The notes beneath the pieces are model-generated. The model made no database searches and had not been told where the DNA came from. It worked only from the letters and a program-made list of their open reading frames with translations. A stretch of DNA of 64,000 nt. It comes from an uncultured Desulfovibrionaceae bacterium. GTDB taxonomy: Bacteria > Bacillota > Dethiobacteria > DTU022 > UBA8154. Below, one piece after another: positions 19,363 to 29,122 of this stretch; the first letter of the stretch is position 1; each line of letters begins with the position of its first letter. The stretch lies in assembly GCA_964567295.1 (NCBI GenBank), contig CAZMLU010000003.1, positions 894 to 64,893 on the forward strand, written 5' to 3'. Position numbers and translations under genes: made by a program.

Positions 19363-20805
19363 TCAGGCTTCGTGACCGCCTATTTTGTCAGCTCTGGAAA
19401 AGAGCTGGCCACCGCTGCTGAGAGAAGAAAGCCTGAATATACTCGTTGTCCCATAGCGTTCCCGGACGCTGTCCATGGCCCGATCCAGGGCTATTTTTCG
19501 TTCCCTGTTTTCCACGAGCGAAAGCTGGTATTCCTTAAAGTCCACCAGGCCTGTTAGGCTCACTCCCAGGGTCCTTACCGGCCTGCGGTCCCAGTTTGCG
19601 TGAAAAATCTGCAGCGCGAAGGAGTACACGTCCATGGTAACGGCGCTGGGCTCCGGCAGCTTTAGCTGCCGCGAAAAGCCCGTGGGGACCGTAAAATCGG
19701 CCCCACGACAGTAGACATTTACCGTCCTGCCGGCCTTTCCCATCATCCTGGCCCTGCGACAGACCTCCTCGGTGATCTCCAGTAAGACTACCTCGATCTC
19801 CTTTTTCGCCCTATAATCCCGGGGGAGGGTCATGGCGTGCCCCACCCCTTTACGGCTATCCTGCGGCTCCAGCCCCGAGCAGACGGAAGAGCTGTCAATG
19901 CCGTGCGCGTTGAGCCACAGCAACTCTCCGTTGACACCCCACCTTCTTTTTAGGTCTTCCTTTTGCATCATGGCCAAATGCTCTATGGTCCTTACCCCCA
20001 TATTCATGAAATTGCGCTCCATCCTTGCTCCAACCCCGAAGAGTTTTCTGATCGGCAAGGGCCAGGTATTTTCACAGTAGTTTTGGTAGCCCAGCCTGAA
20101 AAAGCCCTCGCTGTTTTTCTTGGCAAAACAGTCGCAGGCCATCTTGGCCTGGAGAGGATTTTCCCCTATACCGACGCGGCACCTGATTCGCAGCCTTTTC
20201 TGGATTTCGTCAGTGATAAGCTCTGCCATCTTCTCGGGAGCCCCGAAAATCCTTTCGCAACCCGTCATATCCAGAAATTGCTCGTCGATAGAATAGGGAT
20301 GGACCCGGTCCGTAAAACAATTCAGTATTTCCGTGATCGCCAGGGAGGTTTTCAGGTAGCGCTGCATATGTGGCCTTACAAAGACAACCCCGGGGCAGAG
20401 TCTCGAGCATTCCCAAGCCGCCATGCCGGTCCTGATCCCATAGGCCTTCGCTTCCCTGGTGGCCGCCAACACGATCCCGTGTCGCCTTTCGGGATCTCCG
20501 CAAACTACCACAGGCTTCCCGCGCAAAGAGGGGTTCTTGGCGACCTCCACGCTGGCATAGAAGGACTCTATATCGGCCAGGAGAATAATCCTGCCCCTGG
20601 CGAGGATACCTTTCTTCTCAAACTCCGTGCTGTTTCGCGAAGATTCTCGCAGGATACGCTTCCATAATTCGAGTTGCCATTCGTCTAATTCCGGCTCCTG
20701 CCGCAGATCCGCTTCCTGCACTCTCTTCGCACGCTCTTCCAGGGCTTGGGAGTGTTCGGGTAGCATAAAGCTGCTACAGGCAAACTGGTTGTCTATTTTT
20801 TTCAT
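19363..20805 (-). CDS. Y-family DNA polymerase (DinB/UmuC-like)
   Basis: IMS domain motifs (ILLADIESFYASVE, little-finger domain); start set at second ATG (MKKIDNQ) with RBS AAGGGGA; the first ATG (20829) lies inside a TATAAT -10 element. Confidence 0.8.
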   Translation of the reverse strand: MKKIDNQFACSSFMLPEHSQALEERAKRVQEADLRQEPELDEWQLELWKRILRESSRNSTEFEKKGILARGRIILLADIESFYASVEVAKNPSLRGKPVVVCGDPERRHGIVLAATREAKAYGIRTGMAAWECSRLCPGVVFVRPHMQRYLKTSLAITEILNCFTDRVHPYSIDEQFLDMTGCERIFGAPEKMAELITDEIQKRLRIRCRVGIGENPLQAKMACDCFAKKNSEGFFRLGYQNYCENTWPLPIRKLFGVGARMERNFMNMGVRTIEHLAMMQKEDLKRRWGVNGELLWLNAHGIDSSSVCSGLEPQDSRKGVGHAMTLPRDYRAKKEIEVVLLEITEEVCRRARMMGKAGRTVNVYCRGADFTVPTGFSRQLKLPEPSAVTMDVYSFALQIFHANWDRRPVRTLGVSLTGLVDFKEYQLSLVENRERKIALDRAMDSVRERYGTTSIFRLSSLSSGGQLFSRADKIGGHEA

Positions 20806-20895
20806 GTTTATCGTCCCCTTTTTGACCATTATACAAATAATGTTGCCATAAGTCTACATATTTTGGGCATATATTTTTCATCAAAAAATTTATTG

Positions 20896-20925
20896 TTGAT
20901 TTTTGGTACACTATTGATTTATAAT
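20896..20925 (+). promoter_or_regulatory. sigma-A-type promoter of the S24 repressor gene
   Basis: TTGATT-N18-TATAAT, about 30 nt upstream of ATG 20957; TTGATTT direct repeat. Confidence 0.5.
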
Positions 20926-20956
20926 GTTTCCAAAGAGAAAAATGGAGGTATGGCAT

Positions 20957-21610
20957 ATGGCAGATAGTTTCCCTGAAAGGGCTAAGTCAGCAAGAAAGGA
21001 TAAGCGCATCAAGGGGGTAAATGCCGCAAAAATGTTGGGAATCTCCCGCAGTTCTTTATGGAAGTACGAAAAAGGCATGCGCACCCCGGATATAGATGTG
21101 GCAATAAATATGGCCGGGGTATACGAGGTGCCCATAGATTGGCTGCTGGGTACGAACGAGGTCAGAGAGTCCCCTATAGAGTACCTGCCACCCACAGCAA
21201 AACCCGTCGGCAAAACCAAACCTATACCCCTACTGGGGTCTATCCCCGCAGGCCTTTCCAAGGAAATGCATGAAGAAACGCTCTGTTTTATAGAGACGCC
21301 GGAACTGCACGTGAAGAACGGGGATTACTTCTACCTGCGGGTTAGCGGAGACAGTATGAACGGAAGCCGTATAAACGACGGGGATTTAATCTTGGTGCAA
21401 AAACAACCGCAGGTGGAATCAGGGGAGATAGCGGTGGTCAGGACAAACAATTCGGAAGGAACCTTGAAAAGGGTAAAATTGGTAGACGATAGGTACATCC
21501 TCTACCCGGATAACCCCAACTACGAGCCGCAGGTTGTGAACTGTGAAGAAGCCCAAATCATTGGGAAGGTGGTAAAGGTCGAGTTTGACCCCAACCAAAA
21601 GAAACGCTAA
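20957..21610 (+). CDS. XRE-HTH / S24 peptidase self-cleaving repressor (HdiR/LexA/CI-like)
   Basis: N-terminal HTH_XRE, Ala-Gly cleavage site (IPAGLS), S24 catalytic Ser (GDSM) and Lys (TLKRV); RBS GGAGG 8 nt before ATG; divergent from dinB-like gene. Confidence 0.8.
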   Translation: MADSFPERAKSARKDKRIKGVNAAKMLGISRSSLWKYEKGMRTPDIDVAINMAGVYEVPIDWLLGTNEVRESPIEYLPPTAKPVGKTKPIPLLGSIPAGLSKEMHEETLCFIETPELHVKNGDYFYLRVSGDSMNGSRINDGDLILVQKQPQVESGEIAVVRTNNSEGTLKRVKLVDDRYILYPDNPNYEPQVVNCEEAQIIGKVVKVEFDPNQKKR

Positions 21611-21675
21611 GAAGCGTCAAAGAAAAGTGCCAGTGAAGCAATGGGACCTCAAGCTGTGTGAAATCTATCATCCTA

Positions 21676-21811
21676 AAATTTGTTTCCCATTTGACACATG
21701 ATATTGCTATTCTAGCGATCACTCTCTTTCAATTTCGCTAAAAAGAAGGACGTGGCGATGAAAACTCGAAATTGAATTGTTGAAAACGTATTGCTTATGG
21801 GAAACAATTTC
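21676..21811. repeat. nested inverted repeats (outer AAATTTGTTTCCCAT/ATGGGAAACAATTT; inner TTTCAATTTCG/CGAAATTGAA) in leader of sbcD-like gene
   Basis: direct inspection; outer arms 14-15 nt at ~21676-21690 and ~21798-21811, inner arms at ~21727-21737 and ~21767-21776. Confidence 0.5.
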
Positions 21812-21906
21812 TGGTTAGACGATTATGCAGCTTTGTTGTGCCAATTGGTAAACGAAAAATAAAAAACTATTTTCAGAGTCACGAAAGTTTCATTAGAGGT
21901 GAGTTT

Positions 21907-23037
21907 ATGCCAAGAATTTTGCATTTGGCAGATCTGCATCTGGGCTGGGAGCCAACATACCTGCCTGGAGAGAAACGAAAAATCCGCCGCAGTGAGCGGG
22001 ACCAGCTTCTCCAAAAAGCTGTTGACTATGCCCTTTCCCCACAGAATGGTATTCAAGCAGTCTTGATCGTGGGAGATTTGTTTGAACGCTACTGCCCTGA
22101 AGCACCTCTTGTGGGCCAGGTCAAAAAACAAATAGCCCGCCTGGATAAAGCCGGCATGCTTGTAGTCACAATACCTGGCAATCATGATGAAATAACCTAC
22201 CGGGAATCAGTTTATCGTCAACACGGCGAGGACTGGCCGGGGCATCTAGTTCGCAATCCCATGCCGGAACTGTCTGTTTCAGGCGAAGTAAATGGCACGG
22301 GGGTCCATATATATTCCCTGGCTTATACGGGGGGATTAACCCGTCCGGGGGCCATAACGTCTTTTCCCCGTCACGATGCTTCTGGCATACATATCGGTGC
22401 TTTCCACGGTTCTTTGGACTGGGAAGGCCTGGCAGATAGAAGTTTGCCGCTTGATTCTTCTCTCCTGGCGGGGGCCGGTTATGATTATGTAGCGTTAGGT
22501 CATTACCATCGTTATACGGAAAAGAAAATTGGCTCAGGCAAAGCCGTGTATCCCGGCGCCGTAGAATTTAAGAACTTCAATGACCCCGGAAACGGTTCTC
22601 TTACAATAGTTGAACACATGGGCAGCCATATCAAGATAGAAGCTGTGCCTCTCGCGGTGCGGCAGCATCAATTCCAAGAGCTGGATCTTTCTGATTTTGC
22701 TGGCCCGGAAGAGCTCCGCCAGGTTTGCCTGCGCTTGGCGGACCAGGAAATGATGATGCACCTGACCCTAACCGGGTCTCACCGTTTTCCCGTTCACGCA
22801 GAAACCCTGGCTGCTGAACTTGAGCCTTATTTTTTCCATCTGGAGATTGAAAACTCCGCTTATTTTTTTGCGAAAAATTTTTTGGACAGTATTGCTCAAG
22901 AGCCTACTGTACGGGGCACATATGTCCGCCGTATCCGGGAAAAACAAAAGGAAACCTCTTCGGAACGGGAGCAAAAAGTCCTGGAGCGGGCTTTATTAAC
23001 GGGTTTGGCTGCCTTGGAGGGAAGTGATTTAAGTTGA
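21907..23037 (+). CDS. Mre11/SbcD-like metallophosphoesterase (YhaO/SbcF-type DNA repair exonuclease)
   Basis: calcineurin-like motifs (LHLADLHLG, GDLFE, GNHD); RBS GAGGTG; start overlaps following gene. Confidence 0.8.
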   Translation: MPRILHLADLHLGWEPTYLPGEKRKIRRSERDQLLQKAVDYALSPQNGIQAVLIVGDLFERYCPEAPLVGQVKKQIARLDKAGMLVVTIPGNHDEITYRESVYRQHGEDWPGHLVRNPMPELSVSGEVNGTGVHIYSLAYTGGLTRPGAITSFPRHDASGIHIGAFHGSLDWEGLADRSLPLDSSLLAGAGYDYVALGHYHRYTEKKIGSGKAVYPGAVEFKNFNDPGNGSLTIVEHMGSHIKIEAVPLAVRQHQFQELDLSDFAGPEELRQVCLRLADQEMMMHLTLTGSHRFPVHAETLAAELEPYFFHLEIENSAYFFAKNFLDSIAQEPTVRGTYVRRIREKQKETSSEREQKVLERALLTGLAALEGSDLS

Positions 23038-26000
23038 ACGAGCACAGGGTTACCTTTAAAAGGTTGATCCTTGAAGGTTTCGGTCCCTATCGTGATCGCA
23101 CAGAGTTTAATTTTGGAGAAGAAATAAACTGCTACGTGGCCAGCAATGAAAGTGGCAAAAGCACTATGGTAGCCGGCCTTGTTGCAACTTTTTTCGGACT
23201 TATGCACCGCCAAAGAGCCACCACCCCCTTTACCCTGGAACGCTTACGCAACTGGGACGACCCTTCCCGCTGCCGGGGAGAAGTTTTCTTTGCTGCCGGG
23301 GAACAATACTACCAGGTTATTCGTGACTTCGATACCCACCGGGTTGAACTATGGTTAATCGAAGAAGATTTTACCAGGAAAAAAATGTTGGTAGAAGGCA
23401 CTCATAATCCCGTTGCAACAAAGCGCCTTAAAGTATACGAGGAAAAAATGCAGGAACTGCTGGGAATTAACAGCCAGGAACTGTTCAGTGATACATTTTG
23501 CGTAGAGCAGCCGCTGCCAGAACCCAAAAATATTAGCGCCGAATTACAGGGATTGCTATCCGGCGGCAGAGGAACTGCTTTTTATGATGCTTTAAAAAGG
23601 TTAAGCGCTAATTTAAAGTCGCTGACAAGGCTCACCGGACCCAATGACCGGGGAATAACTGCCCGCAATATGGGTAAAAACGGTATCTTAGAGCATCTTG
23701 AGACCGAGATATCGGAATTGGAGCAGCGCATAGAAAACGGCAGGCAGGTAGCGGACTCCCTGGAGGAAATTTGCGAACAGCTGCTTTCCGTAGAAGAAAG
23801 CTTTGATAAAAAAAAGGAACAGCTGGATAAAAAAGAAAGAACCAGGCAGGCCTTGTCCAACTGGCAACTTTTGCAGAATGAATACCGCAACGCAGCCCGG
23901 GAACGGGATAAAATCAAGCAAGCTGAAGCAGAGGTGCGAAAGCTGCAGGAGAAGCTGAAAAAGCTGGAGGATGAGCTGAAGCGGGACTATCCTGAATTTG
24001 AAGGTGCCGCATCGGAAGCAGGTGAAGTCCTGGAAGAACTGGTTCCCCTGGTCAATCAGCTTCAAGAACTCGACGAAACAATCGGCGGGCTAAAAAAGTC
24101 CTTGCAGGAAGATAGCGAAAACTTTACCGCCCTTAATAACGAATTAAGCAATAAATTCAGCGGCTGGGACTGGTTGGGAGCAGACCCGGCCGCCCGCCTC
24201 AAAACTATTCGCAGAAATGCTGAAACATGTAAAAGAGAGTGGGATCAATTTAGAAAGAACGAAGCGGAATTAGAGGAAATAAATAACGAGTTAAAAAATT
24301 ACTTTTCCCCTTTCGAAAATGCTTCTAAAGAAGAACTGGATTTGGCCGGGAATTATCATCGCTACCTCGGCTTGCTGGCCAATACCGAAGATAAAGCCAT
24401 GCAGGCCTTGAAAGACGCTCAAGAAAAGAAAAAAAGATATCACGAAGCTCGCGCTGCTTTTGAAAGCAAATACAGTGAACTGGCTGCTATGCCGGAAGAT
24501 GTAGGGAAGGCTATAAACGGAAAGCTCTCCGCGATAAAGGAAAAAAAAGAACTTGAAGAATCAGAGAAGCAAATTGCGCGGAAACTTGTCGCCCCTTTAT
24601 GGTTACGGATCGGCAGCATGGTTCTCCTGGCAGGGCTGGCTGGCGTCCTTGCAGGGACGAACAACACAGCGTTCCTGTTTCTGGTTGTTCTTGTCGCTGC
24701 CCTCATCGGTTATCATGCAGGCAGTATTATTTATACCCTGACCAATACAAACGCTCGCCGACAACTGGCCCGAACACGGGAAGAGCTGCGGCGGTGCAAA
24801 GAAAAAGTTGACACCTTTAACAATAAACTGGGGCAATGCGCCGCCGCCGATGAGGCAGAATTGGGACGGCTGCTTCAGCGTCTCTACCAATATGAGGAGG
24901 AAAAACGCCGCCTTGGGGAAGAAGAAAAAAATATAGCGGAAGATGAATTGGAAAAACTTGAAACGGAATGGAAAACAGCCGAGAAAGAAAAAAAACAGTT
25001 TGACCGTAAGATGAGTTCCTTTTTCGAGGTTTTTGATGATCTTTCAACTGCTTATAACCAGTGGTTATCCAAGCGGGAAAGAAAGAAAAGGTTGGAAAGT
25101 GATTTAAACCTCCAGGCCGATGAAACCTGGGGCTGCAACATGGAAACTGCTAGCATCGCCCCCCTTTCGGGTGATACGGCGGAACACTGGCAAGAAGTGT
25201 CCTGCTTTTTACAGGTGGCTGCGGATGCTCCCCCGGAACAAAATGTGGCAGGCATGATAAAACAGCTTGATGGTTTGAACGAAAGATGGTGGCAGCAACA
25301 GGAAGAAACCGCCGTTAAATTGGCTGAGATTAAAAGCAGTATCAGTAACCTTGACTATAAAATTAAGTCGTGCAGCAGCCAGTTAAAAGAAAAGCAAGAA
25401 AAAAGAAAAGAGCTGTCGAACTACAAAAATCAGCTTGACGATAAAATAAGGGATATATTGGAAAAGAACGGGAACAACGCTGCAATCGCTTTAGAACGTT
25501 GGAAAAAGCGGCAGCAAATTGTCAAAGATAAAGATGCCGCAGAACTGCAGTTAAAAACGGTTTTACATAACAACGGCGTTGAAGATGTGGCTTCAATTCA
25601 GAGCCTTCTCTATCAAAAAGAAGACCATGTAACTGCCCGCCTACTCAGGTGGAAAGAACATATAGAACAAAATCCGGGACTGCCAGGAACTGAAGAGGCC
25701 GAAGATCTGGAGCAGATATACAACTACCTGGAAACTACAGAAAGAGAAATAAAGCAGCTTGAGTCAGACAAAAAAACCCTGGAGCAATCCCGCAGTGAAT
25801 TGATCAGAAAACAGGCTTCTTTGGAAGGAGAATCTCCCCTTAATATAGCAGCAGCAGAAATAGAACTTGCGGAGATGAAACAGCAACGCGAAAGACTAGA
25901 AATTGAGGCAGACGCCCTGGAAATAGCACATAAGGAGCTGGAAGAGGCTATTAACGATTTTCGCCATGCCTACAAGGAACACCTGGAGAAGCAGGCTTCA

Positions 26001-26345
26001 TCTTACTGCCAGGCTATTGCAGGCGTGCCTGAACGATACGTTGAATTTGACAAGGATTTCAATATAAGTGTGCGGGAAAGCGGGCGCGCGTGCTCGGTAG
26101 ATCAATTAAGCAAAGGGGCCCGCGATCAGCTCTACCTGGCCCTCCGTTTTGCCGTGGCCGACCTGCTGGCTGAAGAAATCAAGCTACCGTTATTATTCGA
26201 CGACTCGTTTACAAGCACCGATGCCTACCGGCGGGAAAACATTCGCCAGATTTTACAAAAGCAAGCGCAAGAACGGCAGTTTGTGATCATGGCCCATGCA
26301 GATACTTTTTCCACATGGGGACATCCTATAGAACCAAAAGGTTGA
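23034..26345 (+). CDS. SbcC/Rad50-like SMC-type ATPase with internal TM hairpin (YhaN/SbcE-type)
   Basis: Walker A ASNESGKST, long coiled coils, two TM helices (~aa 515-560), signature LSKGARDQ, Walker B LLFDD; TTG start with RBS GGAGGG. Confidence 0.8.
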   Translation: MNEHRVTFKRLILEGFGPYRDRTEFNFGEEINCYVASNESGKSTMVAGLVATFFGLMHRQRATTPFTLERLRNWDDPSRCRGEVFFAAGEQYYQVIRDFDTHRVELWLIEEDFTRKKMLVEGTHNPVATKRLKVYEEKMQELLGINSQELFSDTFCVEQPLPEPKNISAELQGLLSGGRGTAFYDALKRLSANLKSLTRLTGPNDRGITARNMGKNGILEHLETEISELEQRIENGRQVADSLEEICEQLLSVEESFDKKKEQLDKKERTRQALSNWQLLQNEYRNAARERDKIKQAEAEVRKLQEKLKKLEDELKRDYPEFEGAASEAGEVLEELVPLVNQLQELDETIGGLKKSLQEDSENFTALNNELSNKFSGWDWLGADPAARLKTIRRNAETCKREWDQFRKNEAELEEINNELKNYFSPFENASKEELDLAGNYHRYLGLLANTEDKAMQALKDAQEKKKRYHEARAAFESKYSELAAMPEDVGKAINGKLSAIKEKKELEESEKQIARKLVAPLWLRIGSMVLLAGLAGVLAGTNNTAFLFLVVLVAALIGYHAGSIIYTLTNTNARRQLARTREELRRCKEKVDTFNNKLGQCAAADEAELGRLLQRLYQYEEEKRRLGEEEKNIAEDELEKLETEWKTAEKEKKQFDRKMSSFFEVFDDLSTAYNQWLSKRERKKRLESDLNLQADETWGCNMETASIAPLSGDTAEHWQEVSCFLQVAADAPPEQNVAGMIKQLDGLNERWWQQQEETAVKLAEIKSSISNLDYKIKSCSSQLKEKQEKRKELSNYKNQLDDKIRDILEKNGNNAAIALERWKKRQQIVKDKDAAELQLKTVLHNNGVEDVASIQSLLYQKEDHVTARLLRWKEHIEQNPGLPGTEEAEDLEQIYNYLETTEREIKQLESDKKTLEQSRSELIRKQASLEGESPLNIAAAEIELAEMKQQRERLEIEADALEIAHKELEEAINDFRHAYKEHLEKQASSYCQAIAGVPERYVEFDKDFNISVRESGRACSVDQLSKGARDQLYLALRFAVADLLAEEIKLPLLFDDSFTSTDAYRRENIRQILQKQAQERQFVIMAHADTFSTWGHPIEPKG

Positions 26346-26474
26346 TTTTCGTTTATTGTTGAAACCTTCCTCCTAATTCACAACTTAATCTTGACATTTT
26401 CTTCACATTCAGTTGATACAATCCTCACACGTTGCCATTATAATATAACCAGCACTCAAAAGGAAGGAGGTGGA

Positions 26475-26792
26475 ATGATGCCAAAAAGGAGTAGATCCTT
26501 AATAATTCTGTTGGTGGTATCCATTATGGTACTTTCAGTCGCTTCAGTGGCTTTTGGTTCTGATGGAATCAGAGTACAAGAAGATATACAGCTTAATGAG
26601 GCCAGGAATCTTGATGAACAGGAAGAAAACCAGTATAATTGCCAAAAGCAATTAAGGCAGCAAGAAGGTGACGGAGTTTGCAGTGAGGATTGCGAACCTC
26701 TTCAAAAAAGGGAGCAGAACCACGAACTCAAGGAAGAAGAGAGGAAGTTGAAACAAGGCGGTAGAAATCAAGAAGATGGCAACAACGGTTAG
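26475..26792 (+). CDS. small secreted Glu/Gln-rich protein with 4 Cys
   Basis: RBS AAGGAGG then ATG ATG; signal peptide then a charged low-complexity region; no recognisable family. Confidence 0.4.
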   Translation: MMPKRSRSLIILLVVSIMVLSVASVAFGSDGIRVQEDIQLNEARNLDEQEENQYNCQKQLRQQEGDGVCSEDCEPLQKREQNHELKEEERKLKQGGRNQEDGNNG

Positions 26793-26833
26793 AATAGAAA
26801 TACTAATAAATTGTAGTAAATGACTCTGCGCAT

Positions 26834-26865
26834 AAGCTGTCACGATATTTCTTTCGTGACAGCTT
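26834..26865. terminator. perfect 11-bp inverted repeat (AAGCTGTCACG-N10-CGTGACAGCTT), terminator or operator
   Basis: downstream of small ORF, upstream of response regulator; no U-tract. Confidence 0.4.
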
Positions 26866-26975
26866 TGCTAAGATAAAGCATGTTATAGAAGATAGCAACG
26901 AGGCCAGATCGAGCCAGGGCCTCTCTTCTCGGGAAATGCAAATAATTTCCTCTACCAATGTCAAGGAGGCGGCCT

Positions 26976-27677
26976 TTGACTGAAAAATATAAGCTGGTTG
27001 TAATTGAAGATGAAGTCAAGATCGGGCAGATGATCAAGGATTACCTGGAAAAAGAAGGAGCAGAGGTCTTTCTGGCCAAAGACGGGACCGGTGGCATGAA
27101 AATGGTTAAAGAGAAATCACCTCACCTGGTTCTGCTTGATCTTATGTTGCCCGATATTAACGGCCTGGAAGTATTCCGACAACTGCGCCGGGATATGGAT
27201 ACTCCCGTCATCATGCTTACTGCTAAATCCCAGGAAGTAGACCGGGTCGTAGGGCTGGAACTAGGCGCTGATGATTATATAACCAAGCCTTTTAGTTTGG
27301 CAGAGCTTGCGGCACGAATCAGAGTGGTGCTACGCCGCACTATGCTTCAGCAAAAACTGCAAAGGGGGCAGGAGAAGGTGATTATCAGAGGCCCCTTTCA
27401 TCTGGACGTGGAGAACTACCAGCTGAAAAAAGATTCCTGGGATATTATCCTGACACCGATGGAATTTAATCTCTTCGCCTTATTGGCCCGTTATCCGGGG
27501 CGGGTTTTCAGCCGCCTGCAGCTCCTGGAAGCTTGCCTTGGTGAAGCATACAGCGGCTATGAACGCTCTATTGACACACATATCAGCAATCTTCGAAAAA
27601 AAATTGAAAACGATCCCGGCCATCCCTTTTATATCACTACTGTATTTGGGTTGGGCTATAAGTATAGTGGCAAATAG
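26976..27677 (+). CDS. OmpR-family response regulator
   Basis: REC domain (LVVIEDE...DLMLPD...K) plus winged-helix trans_reg_C (GLGYKY); TTG start 6 nt after AAGGAGG (alternative ATG at 26958). Confidence 0.85.
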   Translation: MTEKYKLVVIEDEVKIGQMIKDYLEKEGAEVFLAKDGTGGMKMVKEKSPHLVLLDLMLPDINGLEVFRQLRRDMDTPVIMLTAKSQEVDRVVGLELGADDYITKPFSLAELAARIRVVLRRTMLQQKLQRGQEKVIIRGPFHLDVENYQLKKDSWDIILTPMEFNLFALLARYPGRVFSRLQLLEACLGEAYSGYERSIDTHISNLRKKIENDPGHPFYITTVFGLGYKYSGK

Positions 27678-27724
27678 TTTAAATTAAGAGGAGGTAAAAG
27701 CGGTCCAACCCGCTGACCCGAATA

Positions 27725-29122
27725 GTGAAAATACGCTCAAAATTTTTCTTTGCCTTTATCCTGGTCATAGCGGTAGCAGTAGCTGTTATGGCCTTTACGT
27801 CACGCATCTACATTTCCAATATATTTGACCGTTATGTGGAGGGGTACCGCAATGTGGTCCTGGAGCAGTGGGAGTATTTATTTATTTCCTATTACCAGGA
27901 CCAGGGGGGCTGGGACGGGATAAAAAATTTTCTTTCAAAACGCCCCGCCAGGGGAAGAGGGGTGACTATGCCTCAGGGACATATGAAAGGTGGCACAAGC
28001 GGCATCCTACCTGGTGAAAGGCTTCTACTTACTGATAAAAAAGGAGAAATTGTGCTTGATTCCAACCTGGAAAGAACGGGAGATATCCTCCCCACTTCCC
28101 AAATGGAGCAAGGACATCAGCTCTACCTCCATGAGGAAGAAATTGGAACCCTTATTCTACATTCTCAAGAGAGCACAGCAGCACTGACACTGGAAGAACA
28201 GTTCTCCCAGTCTATTATGTGGGCCGTCTTTTGGGGAGGGATGATAGCACTCCTGGTAGGAGTAACAGCGAGCCTTCTCCTTACCAGGCAGATCACCCTT
28301 CCCCTGGCGCAGCTTACTGCTTCAGCCCGCCGGTTTGCCCACCGCGATTTTTCACATCGGGTGCAGCTGAAGAGAAACGATGAGGTGGGCAACCTGGCAG
28401 ACGCATTTAATATAATGGCAACAAATATTGAGACAAATGACAATCTGCGCAGCAATATGATGGCTGATGTTTCCCATGAGCTTAGAACACCTCTTACCAT
28501 ACTTAGAGGAAACTTTGAAGCGCTGCAGGCAGGAAAGGTAATAGCCACTCCCGAGCTTCTCTCTTCACTCTATGACGAGGTGCTCAGAATAGGCCGGCTT
28601 GTAAATGACCTGGAATCTATCAATCTGGCAGAGGCAGGAAAGCTGTTGCTCAGGTATAAAAATGTGGAAGTAAGCGATCTGCTATGGAAAGCTGCTGCTG
28701 CCTTCCAATACGAAGCAGACGAACGGGGTATAGAGTTCACGGTAGAAGTGGATAGGAAAGTGCAGAGCTGGTTTATGGATGAAGACCGTATGGTACAGGT
28801 ATTGATTAACCTTTTGGCCAATGCTTTCAAGTTTTCTCCCGATAAGGGGAAAATAGAGCTTTTAGCCAAGGAAGAAAATGGCTCCCTAGTGGTGGAGGTA
28901 AAAGATTCCGGCCCCGGGATTCCCGAAGAGGACCTTCCTTTTATATTCGAGCGTTTTTACAAGTCCAGCAAAGGCAGGGGGGACGGCAGCGGCCTGGGAC
29001 TTTCCATCGCAAAAAGCTTTGTCGAAACTCATGGCGGCAATATACAGGCCTATAACATACACGGAAGAGGAAGCGCCTTTTTCGTAACCCTCCCTCCACA
29101 GTGCGATCAAGGTTCTAATTAA
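27725..29122 (+). CDS. sensor histidine kinase
   Basis: two TM segments, HAMP, HisKA H-box (MMADVSHELRTPLT), HATPase_c N/G boxes. Confidence 0.85.
   Translation: MKIRSKFFFAFILVIAVAVAVMAFTSRIYISNIFDRYVEGYRNVVLEQWEYLFISYYQDQGGWDGIKNFLSKRPARGRGVTMPQGHMKGGTSGILPGERLLLTDKKGEIVLDSNLERTGDILPTSQMEQGHQLYLHEEEIGTLILHSQESTAALTLEEQFSQSIMWAVFWGGMIALLVGVTASLLLTRQITLPLAQLTASARRFAHRDFSHRVQLKRNDEVGNLADAFNIMATNIETNDNLRSNMMADVSHELRTPLTILRGNFEALQAGKVIATPELLSSLYDEVLRIGRLVNDLESINLAEAGKLLLRYKNVEVSDLLWKAAAAFQYEADERGIEFTVEVDRKVQSWFMDEDRMVQVLINLLANAFKFSPDKGKIELLAKEENGSLVVEVKDSGPGIPEEDLPFIFERFYKSSKGRGDGSGLGLSIAKSFVETHGGNIQAYNIHGRGSAFFVTLPPQCDQGSN

Noticed and set aside
20830-20956. Search for a canonical Gram-positive LexA/SOS box (CGAACnnnnGTTCG) between dinB-like and the S24 repressor
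   Set aside because: No GAAC/GTTC dyad is present. The repressor has an XRE rather than a LexA wHTH DNA-binding domain, so a different operator is expected and I could not define it confidently.
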